From Octopus vulgaris (Eukaryota): 64,000 bases of DNA. A program made the translations under genes and the position numbers. Shown piece by piece: positions 39,501 to 54,581 of this stretch. Position 1 is the stretch's first letter; each line of letters starts with the position of its first letter. Below the pieces are notes generated by a model. It was not told the DNA's origin and ran no database searches. It saw only the letters and a program-made list of their open reading frames with translations. The DNA is taken from contig OX597839.1 of assembly GCA_951406725.2 (NCBI GenBank), positions 14,632,001 through 14,696,000 of the forward strand. Direction: 5' to 3'.

Positions 39501-42500
39501 GACCATTGCAGTCTTCCTTATTTAAGATGGTAAGCAAACAGCTTCAGGTAGTAGGCAAATATGACCTAAATATCAAAAATAATCTAATACTTATGAAGAA
39601 AAAATTATAGCAATAAAGATAGCAGTCATGCTTGTTGTAAAATGGATAACCTTTTAAACTTTGATATTCGAGTTTGGGTTTATAACAATTTGAAATCAGA
39701 ATGTAAAGTAGTGTAGCTAAAAACCATACAGTATTCTGTCTGCATCTCTACCAATTCTGCCTATCTGTTGCACCTCTGAGGATGTTAACAACAGAAAGGA
39801 TGTAATTAGTCTAACAGGTAGAAATGGGTAGAAAATGAATTGCTTAAGATCACTTACTCTGTCACTTCTGCTCCATTGTATGCTTCCAGAGTGGCCACTA
39901 CCAAAATTACATACAAAGGAAGCAGTTTCTCCTACTCGAACATTAAGTGACCGTGGTGAGATGGTTACTATGAATGGAACATCTGAAAAGAAAATGGAAA
40001 ATGGTACAATGAGAATTCTATAAATTCCATCCATACATGTAGATATATTCTTCCATTCTTTCACTGGCTTTAGTCATTGGACTGTCGTCAAGCTGCAGCA
40101 TGGCCTTCAAGCGTTTAGTTAATCATCTTGACTCCAATAAGTTTTTCAGGCTGGTTCTTATTTTAGAAATTTCTGTTTGTTGAATTACTAATTTATGGGA
40201 TAGAAAGAGACACATATAAACAACACCAGTTAGGGTAAACATAAAGATAGACACGTTCCTTGTTCAGATGAACAGTCACAACTTTCAAAATTTTTGAAAA
40301 ATGTTCATATATTTACATAATCATGATATTGTGCATGCTGTACACATTATAAATGGCCACATACAGCATGAGAGGCAAAGGTTACACATAGCTGATCTTT
40401 AGGCCAATACTTTGCTCAGTTTTTTCAGTCCACCTATCTGAAATTAGGTATTGGGTGTATGTGTGTATTCACATATACACTGTATAACTGATGTATGTGG
40501 TCTGATCAATAAGTATCCAGAGTGAAGCTGCTTGGCACAGATTGACTTTGAACTTTGTTGTGCATGGGCACTAAGTTTTAACATTCTAGCACACTTCCAC
40601 TGTTTATAGCAGTGGTTGGAAGGAAGATGTGTAGCATGTGACCATCGCATTGACCATGACAGAAAAAGTTGAGCGGAGAATCTGTATCAAATTTTGCCAA
40701 GAGCTTGGCGATACCTGTTCAGAAGCCTATGTAAAGTTTTCAAAAATTTTCAGTATTCTCAACACAATCAATGAGATCTTGTGCAACTGAAACCTGAGTG
40801 TCTTTCTGGTCAGATGAATACAGTTGTGGTACAGACTTTGTGTAGGTCTCTGATCAGGTATCACCATGATAACATTCTCTGTCATGGACAATGCAATGAT
40901 CACATGCTACACATCTTCCTTCCAAGCACTGCTGTATCATGACAGTCTTTAATGGGGTCCCCAATAATTAAATAAATTAGAGAACATTAGTTAGCTATAG
41001 TTAATATTTTGCATTGAAGCTGTTATTGTCACTAATTCAACTGCAGAGGCAACCTTTTGTGAAAAGCAGGCAGCATGAAACATGGCTCATCATCAGGTGG
41101 GCTGGACAATTAAGAAAGTTGAAGGCATGCCATTCAGAAAGTCCTGCAGGCCACAGGTTGCCCATGACTGGAATAGGCTGACAGAGGAAATTCATTCGCA
41201 AGGCCATCAACTCAGTTCCCTTCCCAGACTGGTACAAAAGTGTTGGAAGACAACTGAAGACGTGACTTGCACAATCAGGTCCCTGTGTCTATGGTCTTCA
41301 GCAGTGGAACCAGGAGTGAGTATCCATTACAGTCCCAACTGTGACTGACCATCAGATGCAGTCAGCATTCGTGATGGACGTGAGAAACTTGGAGCCAGCT
41401 TGATCCATCCACAGTGAATGCTGCCACAAATATGAGTATGTACATGACTGGCATAGAGCTTCAGGAATGCAATCCTCCATCTAAGGAGTTTCTAATTATT
41501 TTATTTCAAGAAGGCTATAGCCCAAACCTTTCTCCAGACCAGTCAATGACAAAGTCACAGAAGTGTGTCTCAAAACATTTTGACAACTTTATACAGACCA
41601 TATGAAAATATAAAAATAATTGTAACAGTTAATTTTTTTGTGTATGTGAGTATATGACTCTTCCACAATGAAACTGTGTCAGGCTCAACATGCAGTCACA
41701 CATCAAATGACTTGCCAAACAAGTACAACTTCAATATTTCAAAACATTCAACCACAAAGTGTACTTAATTGCCTTTAACTCAACATATCTATATATTGTT
41801 CCTTGCCACAGGCTTTTCTTTATGCCTCTAAACATTATCATTTCATTCCACTAGCCAAAGATTTGATATTTGAATATGATCTAATAAACGTAAATCTACA
41901 AAAAAAATTTTGCAACATACCCATTAGGTGCCGTAATATTTGCTTGCAAGTGACGACTATGGTTTAAAGAAGTGAAAAGATAATAAGGGCATAAAATGAA
42001 GTGTACAAAATTATATATTTTCTACCCAAGTATACAATGAAACACCAGCAGTGGATGCTAACTTTGACCACTCTTTGTAATTTACATAATTATTTGTTCT
42101 CATCACTAAAGCTGCAATTCTAATAAAAATTCCATGGCTAACTATATCAAATATGTTAGCATCCACTTTACTATTAAGTTTTCATGCATCAGGAGTCCCT
42201 GAGCATTTTATCTTTGTCTGTCTGTTAAGTCTATCATTCATCAGTTGCTGAAGCATGGAACAGACTGCCGGCATCAGTTGTTAGTTGTTAGTCGCCAACA
42301 CTGCACCTGATTTTCTCCCCTCCATACACACACAAGCATGTATCTGACTCATACACTGTTCGCTTTCCAGACACTTGTACATTACTGCATATGCTTTATA
42401 CGCACTTTTGACAAGTTGTAGCGCACCTGAGCACTATATACAATAATTTCATTATTATTATTATGTTCACTCCTGAAAACCTACATCTCTCTAGTCCACC

Positions 42501-45500
42501 TAAGATCAAACAATCACAGACCATGTTTCACTGTTGATGTTTATTAAAACTGCATATCTAGTGTTGTCATCGTACTACAAAAGACAGAATCACTTCCCAC
42601 TGCATTCCATTTCCAAAAATTAATTGTAGATAACTAAAATTTCGAAGTTGTCTCCCTTGCCTTCTTTTTTTTTTTTCTGTTTCAGAACTATCAGAGCGTG
42701 AAGCGCTCCTCATGACTGCAGGTTTGTGAGATGGCTGTGATCTGTAAACAGTTTTGAGTAGGAATTAGAAAGAGAAATACGAACATGTGATACACATGTG
42801 CACACTGAATTCATAAAATGAAAGAGAAGAATAAGAACGCAATGCGCATGACAAAGTAAAACAGAAGAGAAAAATAAAAAAAAGTTATACAATGGTCTGC
42901 ATGCCACGTCTGACACCACTATTATGCAGCTTTGCTGCAATTTTCATGTTTTAAACAAGAATTATTTAAATAATGATTTGTTCTCATTATTAAAATTACA
43001 ATTAAGACAAAGAGCCAGGAGAATCATTAGCATGTTGGACAAAATGCTAAATGGCATTTCATCTGTCTTTACATTCTGAGTTCAAATTCTTCCAAGGTTG
43101 ACTTTGCTTTGCATTCTTTTAGGGTTGATGAAATAAGTATTAGTTGAGTACTATAGGAGCACTCCGTCGGTTACAACGACGAGGGTCCCAGCTGATACGA
43201 TCAACGGAACAGGCTGCTCATGAAATTAACGTGCAAGTGACTGAGCAATCCACAGACACGTGTACCCCTAACGTAGTTCTCAGGGAGATTCAGCGTGAAA
43301 AAAGTGTGACAAGGCCGGCCCTTTGAAATAAAGGTACAATTCATTTTTGCCAGCGGAGTGGACTGGAACAACGTGAAATAAAGTGTCTTGCTCAAGGACA
43401 CAACGCGTTGCCGGGAATCAAACTCACCACCTTACGATCATGAGCTGAATGCCCCTAACCACTAAGCCACGTGCCTTCACTAGTTGAGTACTAGGGTCAA
43501 TGAAATTGACTAGCTCCCTTACCCCAAAGTTTTAGTCTTGTGTCTACAATAGAAAGGATTACTAAAAGTATAATTTTTATTAATATATTTTGGCTTACTG
43601 CATCATGTATGCTACAGTCTGCTTCACTATGAGCAATGGTTAGAGAAAAAATTAACTTGGACATTTCGATATTACATAGTAGTTGTTGTTGTTGTTTAGG
43701 CCCATGTCAACCCTATGAGGTAAAACTATGATCAAGAATGTTTCACCTGCGATCATACTGTCCTTTTTACTTCTTTTGTAAATGACGATTAACGACACCG
43801 CATTAACGTCTTCTTAATTTACAAGAGTTAAGCTATGATTTGATAGAGTTTTGGCTAGTATTTCTAACAGCTGAACAACCATGTAGAGGCTCCCTTCCTG
43901 GCTGGATTTTCACAAACTTTTGTTATTGTTATTAAGTGCCAGGTCAGTCCTAAGCAAGCTGACCTATGATCAAAGGTGTTCTAGTTACAACCATCCCATC
44001 TAGGGCTGTATTACACTAACCAACAGGCCATTCCCCTTTGTTTTTAAATATGTTTCTCAAAGTATTAGGCATGATTTGTGGGTGACTTGGCTTGCTGCTA
44101 CTACTTGCAGGTCAAGTGGCCATATAGCTGCAATTCACATTAAATTGGAGAGGCACCTTGAACTGGATCATGAAACTTTGTGCTGCCAATTCTAAAACCA
44201 ATTACATATTATCAAACCTTTTTAGTATATGATGAAATGTGCATTTCTAATGAGAAAACAATACAAAAAGCATTTCCAGCTTACCAAGTTCTACAATAAG
44301 GTTTGCTGTCTTGGCAAATTTTTGGCCTCGGATAATAGCTTCGCAGATATAATCATCAGCATCAGATGGTTGAGTATCATAAATAATAAGTCTGTTGCCA
44401 TCAATGTGACTTCTTGTTGGTGGAAGAGCTCTCTGCAAAGGATAGATAGAAATGAAAGATATGAATGTGTTGTGTGTGTGTGTGTGTATGTGTGGAATAG
44501 CATGCATATGCATGTTACCTGTTTTTTATTCAATCTTTAACCCTTCTATTTATCTAACTGATGTTCTTTCCTTTATAATACCTGCGTTCCCACTTTTCCA
44601 CCTCTCCCAGCTCAGCCACAGCTTTCTCCTTTCAGAGTGACAGACAAAAGGAAACCAGTCATCATCATCATCATCACTGTTTTTTTAACATAATTTCTAG
44701 GTAACTAAAAAATTTTAAACTTCGTATACTGGTAGAATGTGTTTATAAAGCATCTTTTTCTCTTGGCTTTATTGAGAAAATTCTATAGTTTGTAAGATAT
44801 TTGTTGTTTTTTTTCTTCAATTTCTGCAATTTCAACCAATCAGTGACGTCCATTGAGGTAAAATACATTCTGTGCCGTATGAATATGTCCCTCGTTTAAG
44901 AAACAGATTGGGTTTATTTACATTTGTGAAGAAAAAAAGATACCCTTCCCCCTACCCCTAACCCTAAAACAGATTGAAATGCAATAGATCGATACTAGGG
45001 TCATAATTATGGGTGACAATTTCATATGACACCGCTAGAAAAAACTGCCGTTCAAACCGAAAAGATCCAAATTCTCTTCTCAGAACACACTGATTTGTTT
45101 TATTAGTGGGTAATTTTAAATCATTTTTTTCTTGACACTGATAATCCTTAGTTTTCTTATAGATGAGCCTGCTATCTACTAAAGCTATTGCTAAAAAAAA
45201 AAAAGTATAGAATTTAATATTTAGTGGTGTTGGTGATGGTGTGAATTATGGAGAGGGCAAAGCAAAAACTTACACCAGACTGCCTGAGCCAGTTGATTTC
45301 TGAGGCTTCTGCTTCCAGAACATCACAGGTAAATAATGCTTGACGTCCAGCTTTCACCCTGATATTAGGTGGGTTTATTCTGACAGTAACTGTTGTTACT
45401 GATAAGTACAAAAATAAGAAAATATTTTAGACAAATATTTAAGAATATTTCAGAAGATCAAATAATTTCTATAATAGTCCATACAATATTGAGCAGATGC

Positions 45501-45952
45501 TAAGCTAGTTTACAAAAGTAAATATAGAAATATCTCATTTTCCTTACAATATTTTTAATGAGTATTAATTAATTAAAACCCATAGATAGTGTATTTCAAG
45601 AGAAATAAACTATCCATGTGTATTTCTCTTGAAATACACTATCTATGGGTTTTAATTAATTTTTGAATAATTAGCATCACGAATATAGAGGTATTTAGTG
45701 AAACTAAGTAAACTTTTAATCATTAACTTTTTATTTGCTTATATAAAAGAAGGTTTTTATTCAAATATGAATACTTTAGGCTGAAACATATTGGTATAAA
45801 AAATTTACTTCACAGCCATATGAGTCTGGGTTCAATCCCACATTGTGGTACTTTGGGCAAAAGTCTTCTTCCACAGTCTTGGATTAACCAGTAACTTGTA
45901 AATGAAATTTGGTAAGATGGAAACTGTGCAGAAGCCTGTTTACATATACATA

Positions 45953-46004
<52 letters not shown>

Positions 46005-49000
46005 ATTTCAATTTGGATATGAACCATGTAGTTTACTTTATAAAGCTTACCCACAGGTATTGGCTACTGGGTGCAGTTCCTGTATATGTATATATATGGA
46101 AGCATTTATCTTTTGTTTATGTATATTCTTGAGGTATGTAAACTTTGTTGAGGTAAATGAAAATGCAATATTTGTTCTGCACTAATTTATAGACAAATGT
46201 CACTCACACTGTGAGAAATTCAGTAAACCAATTGTTTGGTTCATTGGAAACCTCTAACCACCAATACTATTAGTCAACAATTGAAATATGTTAAAAATCT
46301 AAAATGAAAAAAATCTTCTCCAAAACTGATATTTTCATATAATTTTAGTTAATTAGTAAAACAGTTTTATATTAGAAAATTACTAAATTTGTTTAAGATA
46401 AATAATTCATATTATAAGATACATTCCTACATTTTCCTCTTAACATAAGTTATTCACATAATATTGAGAAAGCAATAGGGTAATATATACAGCATCAACC
46501 AATTGCTGTAGTAATAAATACAACAGTGTTATTACTGGGGAAGTTTATATTGTAAGTAATTTACACAACATACAACAGTTAGTAAAATTGTTTGGAAAAT
46601 ACAGAGGAAGTTTATTAAAATATAGGCAAGCAAAGAACAGTTACTTGGGGAATATATATAACTTTGTAGATATATTTATACATTATATAATGCAGGCAAA
46701 TCCAGGATGGTTATGGTAGGGTTGTTTTGCTTATATAATTTTATGCATTTATTAACACATTTTTATATTCAAAGGCAAACACTGGGCACTTGCTGGTATA
46801 GTTTACGGTTTTGTACCTATGTTTATACATTTCATATACACATCACACAAGCAAATTTAAGGCTGTTACGGTGGTAATTTATGTAATTTAATAGATTTAT
46901 TTACAGTTTGTTATATATAACACAGGCAAGTTCAGGGTATTTTATGTAATTCTGTGGATTCACTAGCACATTTGATATAAATGTAAATGCAAGCAAATTC
47001 AAGGTAGTTTCCAGGGTTTTTTTTATGTAATTTTATTCATTTATAGATATGTTTTATATAATATAAGCAAACACAAGCATTTATTGGGGTAATTTATATA
47101 ACAATAGGGGAATTACTAGCAATGAAACACTGTCTATATAAGGAAATTATTGTTGAATTACTTGATAAGAAGAACGACAATTACACAGACAACCCTTTAA
47201 ACAGAACATGTCAATTAATGAAACAGTTTATGTTAGCTTCAGACAGTTATTGGTGAGAGGTTTTCAGTGGATTTTGGTTGTAATGAAGATACTTAAAACA
47301 GTTAAAAAGAAAACTACATACATCACACACACATTACAGTATATGAGGTCTACAGTGAATGTGTATAGAACACGTTCTTGTTTTATATGGGGGGGGGGGA
47401 TACATTGGTTATTCATGCTCTTCACACTCACTCTGATGTGTGTGTGTGTGTGTGAAGAAACAAAAAAGAAAAGAGACATTATATTATCCAGCCATTTTAA
47501 AACTCTTCATTACGTTATAATGTTCACCTGACAAAAGAAATACAATCAAAGCAAGATTAAGTAAACTTGCAGCAAAATCCAAGAAGCATGCAAACAAATC
47601 ACAAAATATCTTGTAAAGCTCACTGCAGTCTATTTCATCTGACTGATCTCCACAGTCATCATTGGAGTCACAGATTTTGTTTTCGTCGATACATAATCCA
47701 TTCTGGCACCGGAATTGGCCAGCTGAGCATCCTTTAAGAGCAACATAACAAGGTTGTTGTATTATGTAGAAAGCAAAAGAACAGCTATAAAGTGGCTTCA
47801 AGGTCAAATCTATTAATATAAAGCTTATTTTTCTTTTTAAAATAGAATGTTCATGGTATCAAGGGTCAGCACTTAGTTCGGATTTCTTTAGTCTAAAGTG
47901 AGTAAGACACAAATCTCTCAGTGAATAGCATTCTTGGTCATAACAGTTAATTTTCCTCAAGGATAGTTGCTGCCTATTACAATAATTTGGTGAAATGAGT
48001 TAAGGTAGAATAAAGTGTTCTATCTGGAAATGCTTTGAACAACTTATATCATACCCAAACTCCCAAGCCTAGCAGTGTAATATATCATCCACATCACCAT
48101 TTTCTTAGCAGTACAGTGACACATCTGGATATGCTTTGGTTTAACAAGACCAATACATATCCAGACTGTCACAGTAATACTAAGATCAAACTCACTAACT
48201 ACTGCATTAGTAATATTCTATTTTTAACTAATTAAAATTTCACAGTTGTTCCCCTCGCCTTTCTTGATTAAAATTAAATAAGTAAATAATTCTTTCCCTC
48301 TCCTACCCTGATGTAATCTCCAGGGATACAGGCATCCAGCAACAGGACCTCCGTAATGCTATGATGGACCGTGAAGTCTGGCGTAGCATAGTAAATTCCA
48401 TTGTCTCGACCATGGTCGAACAATGATGATGATGAATTCTTTCCCCTGACCACCAGAAGTAGTTTTAATTAATTAAAATTTTTTGGTTCACTACATTGAG
48501 TATGTTGGCACCAACTCGTTCCTAAGAAGAAACTGGTCCAAAGGTACTTAAAGACTTTGCTGATAATAAAGGAACAACAACTTTTGTTAAGTAACAAAGT
48601 TCTTCAACCATCAAGCCTTTGGGTGATTTTAGTGGATTAAACTCCTTCCACCAATCATAGAAGACTCTTAAATGTGTCATGTACTGCTTTTCCTTTGTTG
48701 AATAATCCATTATACAAAATAGAATCAACTTGTCATGCAGTTTATATCAGTTTATCAAGTGTTGGCCTGGACTTTGTCAGCTGTTTGCAAGCCATAGGTT
48801 AGCACAAACAAAGCTGACTCAGGATATTCAATATTCAAAATAAAAACAAATCTCTCCAATATAACAAGTGATTCTGAATGAATCAAAAAGGGATCTTCAA
48901 CAGAGTTATTTGACCTGCTGGAAAAAGTAACCACATGTCCTTCAAATCAAACTCCCCCACCATAAAATAGGAAGGACAAATTAGATATGGAATGCAGAGG

Positions 49001-50368
49001 GGAGTTTGTCCGATTTTTAACCCCTTAAAGCTAAATCATCAGAGATGCAACATTAATTGAGGTGAGAGTGCATTAAGTGAGTGAATGGTGCATGAAATTG
49101 CTTAACATGATGAGAAGGGTGCATCGTGTTTCAAACAAATTGCATGTGAGATTTTGTCAAAATTTTGTGAATACATTTTGAGAATATGGTTTATTTTTAT
49201 CTTCAGCATCTTTGTTGAATGAACAAAAAAAAGTGCTTATTAGGCAAGCACATTCAAAAATACATCATCAGAGTTGCAATATAAATTAAGTAGATAAAAG
49301 TGCATGAAATTAATATGTAGTAAAGAAATGGTGCATAATGCTTCAAAAACCATATGGCAGGTGAGATTTTTACCAAAATTACAAGAACAAATTACGGAGA
49401 GCACATCATCATGTGGATATGTGAGCTTTACATACAGACTCATATACATCTCAATACAAATGCATTCTTCTTTTTCTTCTTCTTGTTACTCTTCTTAATA
49501 CAGGCACATGGCTCAGTCGTTAGAGCATTGGGTTCACAATCATGAGGTAGTGAGTTCAATTCCCAGACTGGGCTGTGTGTTGTATTCTTGAGCAAGACAC
49601 TTTATTTCACACTGCTCCAGTTCACTCAGCTGTAGAAATGAGTTGCGACGTCACTGGTGCCAAGCAGTATCAGCCTATGCTCTGCCCTTGGATAACATCG
49701 GTGGAATGGAGAGGGGGGGGGGGGGGCTGATATGCATGGGTGGCTGCTGGTGTTCAATAAACAATCTGACATGGACTTGTACCTTGGAGGGGAACTCTCT
49801 AGGTGAAATCTCATGGCCATTTATTACTGAAGGGTGTCTTTACATTTTTTACCCTATTTCAGGCACAAAGGTTACAAAATTAGAGGAAGAGTTAGTTCAT
49901 TAAATCAACCCCAGTACTTGACTGGCACCTTTACTGTATCAACCTAGAACAATGAAAGGCAAAGTTGGTGCAAGATTTCAGCTCAGAAGGAGTTAGAACA
50001 TGTACTAACACCAACAGCCCTACCAAATTGTTGATGACATGATTGCAACATAGGGACATGGTCTAACTTTAGAAGGAGAGAAGTCAGTTGTATTGACCCT
50101 AGTATTTGACTGGTACTTTACTTCATTGATCCCAAATGGACAAAAGGCAAAATTGACCTCAATGGGATTTTGAACTTAGGTGTGAAGAGTTCAACTCACG
50201 CCAAGGTCAACTTTGCCTTTCATCCTTCCAGGATTGACAAATAAATATCGGCCTAGTACAGAGGTTGGTGGAATCAACTGACTCCATTTCTTTCAAAATT
50301 GCTCGTCATGTGTCTAAACTACAACTACTACTAATAATACTACAACTACTACTACTACTACTACTACA

Positions 50369-50400
<32 letters not shown>

Positions 50401-53400
50401 AACAACTACTACTACTACATCATGAGCAACAGCAACTGTTTTATGCAAGTTCCTATAACATTACTACGGTAACTATGTTCCTGAGGTTGTGTGTGTGTGT
50501 GTGCAGCATTATCTTTTTTTTTTGAGGATGTAAACTTGCGCTTGCATGCTGCGTCAATTTCATCTTTGTTATGGGATTTGACTGCTAGATTCAGCTTGAT
50601 ACTTTGATATTTTGATGATTATGTACTTGCAATATGAGTCAAGTGATTTTTATAAGTGCTATTTGAGTTAAATATGTGCTGTGTGGTTCATGTCACGGGT
50701 TTTGGTGGATGTCAGATGGTGATTATGAAGAGTATGTGATGCGGTTTCTGCAGCATTAATAGACTGCAGCTGTGGAGAATACAAGTTGTATGAGTTGTTG
50801 GTGTCATATTGCCTACTACTGGTCATATAGAAGTATTTTGATTGTGTAGAGTATGTGTTGCATTATTTTAGTGGATGGTTATCATAAAAGGTATGTGTTG
50901 TGGGTAGTGAGTTTGAGTAGAGTTATTGAACTGAAAGGGTTTTGCATAGCATGCGGGTTGTTTCTAGCAGACAGATCCAACCCACATCTCATGTGTAATG
51001 CTATGAGTCCTTCTACAGTTTATAGGTTTCTGTTATTGGCACAACTCTTACACTGTCAGACAAAATGCCTTGCAATATTTGTTCTGCCTATTTATGCCCA
51101 ATTCCTGCTGAGGTCAACTTTACCAATCCTCCCGCTGGGGTTAATAAAATTAAGTATGCAAAGTACTAGGGTCAGTACAATCGACTAGCCTGTCATCTCA
51201 AATTTGTAGCCTATTGTTATTATTATTAGGTGGAGTAACTGGCGGTATGGGGATAAAATGTCTTGTGGTATTTGCTCTAGTTCTTTATGTTCTAAGTTCA
51301 AGTCCAACTAAAATCAATTGTTTTAGGGTCAATAAAATAAAGTACTAGCCAAAAATGAAATGGCACCAATATAACTGACTTATCCCTCCTAATACAAATT
51401 TCTGGCCTTCTGCCTATATAAGAAATCATTATTAAAGCAAAGTACTTGTCAGGTGGTGGGGTCAATTTCATTCATCATATTTTTGTAGACTTGTCCATGA
51501 AAGAGATCCATATTTCAAAATTTCTTCCAAGACTTCCCTCAGCTGCAGTTAGGACTTGTAAATTAAAACTAGAGAAATTTTATGGCCTTGTTTTCAGTTG
51601 GAATAAGAAGAAGACATTGTGAGTGAGAGATGTCAACATACTGAGCTATCTTCTGCAATGCAAAACTGTATAATAAGAAAAGAGAAACAATATAAAATAA
51701 AAATGAATACAAACCACAGTCCCTTTCATCACTTCGATCACGGCAATCATAGCGTCGGTCACAGCGTCTGTCTGCAGGAATACAACTCCCATCTTGACAA
51801 CGGAATTGGTTTGATGAACACCTCGAAGTAGCTGTAAATTTTGAATCAATTCAATAAGTAATGGTATCTCATTTTAATGCAAAGCTAAACATTCATAACT
51901 AATTTAATGCAAAGCTCAGGAGTTTTTCCATAAAAAATTAGTAGCACAAAATATGGCTTGATAGTAGAGGAATTTGCTCTGGAACCACATGTCTATGAAA
52001 ATGATTACCTTGAATGTCATCACAGAATACAGCAATATCTTATAATAATATGAAATGTATGAATGGAAACTGCAAAACTTGGGGTTATAAATTTCATATA
52101 TATGTGTGTATATATATATATATAACATGTAACCAACCAGGCTATCAGATGCTGCTACACATCGCTGGTCACAATGCGCTTCACATTGCACTAGCCTTCA
52201 AATGACGCCACCCTGCAGGCCAACAGAAGAAAGAGTGAGAGAAAGTTGTGGCGAAAGAGTACAGCAGGGATCGCCACAACCCATTGCTGAAGCCTCGTGG
52301 AGCTTTAGGTGTTTCCGCTCAATAAACACCCACAATCGAAACCGCGATCCTACGACTGCAAATCCGCTGCCCTAACCACTGGGCCATTGCGCCTCCACAT
52401 ATGTATATATATACATATATATATATATATCTGCACAGCCACACCAGGACATGCAGATAAACCCACCACCTTATATATTGCCAAAGTTTAAATTTTCTCG
52501 AGTAGACAGGTCTTCTGCAATGGGAGTTATTTCACTAAGTTTAATTAGCTGCAGATCTAACTAATTATTAACAACATTTATAACCTCAGGATACACATTT
52601 TGCTGATCCTCATCCTTGAATGGAACTTCAAACGTCACCATTGTTGCAAGATGCATGAGTTAAATTAGCTTCATCACAATTTAAGTTCTTTTTTGTAAAG
52701 AACATCACAAACTGCCAAATGTCAGTTGTCATCTTGCAACTATATTTTTTCTCCCACATAAAAAGGTTGAGATCAGAAAGTTTCTTTTCTACGTTGAGGG
52801 AGCTTTGGTTGCAATTTCTAAAATCCTGCAACCATGTGGATATTTCCTACCAATGAAGAGATGATTATTAGTTCAACCATCCTTCTTCTCTGCCAGCTAT
52901 TCCTGGAGAGTCAGTGAGGTAGAGTCCACAGGCACCTCCTATACAGGGTCCTATCAGAAGCAACTGTCATTAGAATTCCTGGCTGGATTCTCAAGCATGA
53001 CCAACTGAAATTATGGATATTATCCAACCATCCCATTCTTGGTCTATCCCTAGGGCTCTAACCAGTTCACTTGGTCTTATTATCCTTTACTAGCACTATG
53101 ACCCGGCAACGCCAGATCATAGTGCTAGTGCATGCATATACAGCTGCATGCGTGCGCACATACACGCGAGTACTGTCCAAATCTCTGACCAATCACATAC
53201 AGCTAGCTGGCATTCAATTGGCGTATCAAGTTTCGGGCATTTTGATTGGGTTTTGGATAGAAAATTCACAGAAAAGTCACTTCTATTGATTTTTTAATGG
53301 CTTTGCGGGGTGACTGGGGAAATGTAAAGATGTGCACGACCACCCTTGGACGGTTTTGAATGACCATAGAAAGTGTGAGCCCTCTAACTGGAAAATTGTG

Positions 53401-54537
53401 GATTTTTATAAAGGATACACACACACAGAGACAGACATTTTGCCGTTTGTATATATAGAGATAATCTGTCTTATTATTCTTTCCTGTAACGTTCTTATCA
53501 CATGGCCATAGCACTCGACCTGGGATTTTTCAATGATGATGATGATGATGACAGGAATAATGAAGGCAATGACAACAAAAACAAGCAATAAATAAAATAT
53601 TAGTGAAAAAAAGAGTCAGAGACAAAGGCTAACAGAGAGAGAGAGAGAGAGAGAGAGAGATGAGGGAGGAAAGATATGTTGTAAGAGTTTTTACACTTAC
53701 TGCAGTTGAATTCATCACTTCCATCACGGCAGTCGTATTGACGGTTGCATCGGTTAGCCAATGATATACACTCACCATTGGAGCAGGTGAATTGATCAGG
53801 AGAACAAGTTGAAAACTCTACAAAGGAAAAAAAGAAATATTAAGGACCTTATCATACAAATCATATTTAAAATGAAAGTTTTATTATTTTTGTAACAATG
53901 GAACCAAATACATAAATATATCTTACACAAATATATACATATGTGTGTATACATACATACATGCATATATATAATACAAATAAGAAAATGGAGAAACAAA
54001 TTTAGTTTGTTCATCAACTTACGGCTATTATAATTTTAGATTATTTATTCATTTTACAAATGAGAACATTAAAAGCATACAAAATATTATATAAATCAAT
54101 AGATAAGATAATAATACAAATACAGATTTTAAAAGTCATATTATAAATTATTGAAATCCAGAAATTACTTCTTACAGCTGTTTCAGCCTATGGTCAAAAG
54201 TGAATCTAATTTTCATTGCCTATAGATGTCAACATGCTAGGATTGTAGGCATTTTGTATGCTTTTGATGTTCTCATTTGTAAAATGAATAAATAATCTAA
54301 AATTATAATATCCATAAGTTGATGAACAAACTAAATTTGTTTCTCCATTTTCTTATTTGTATTATATAAATTTACGATAAAAATATTTCTTTACCTTCAC
54401 CCATTTAATATAATAAATGACTTAATTGCATTGCAATTAAAAACATTTATGTATTAAGAATTTGGGTACTTTACCAACAGTATATTGGATAAATGATATC
54501 CCATAGTGGGTTACACCCATAACCCCGATCTTACTTT

Positions 54538-54581
<44 letters not shown>

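Noticed and set aside
44680-45068. Repeat with CCCTAACCCTAA as telomeric sequence
   Set aside because: Only about two units are present, inside what looks like an interspersed element that I could not classify.
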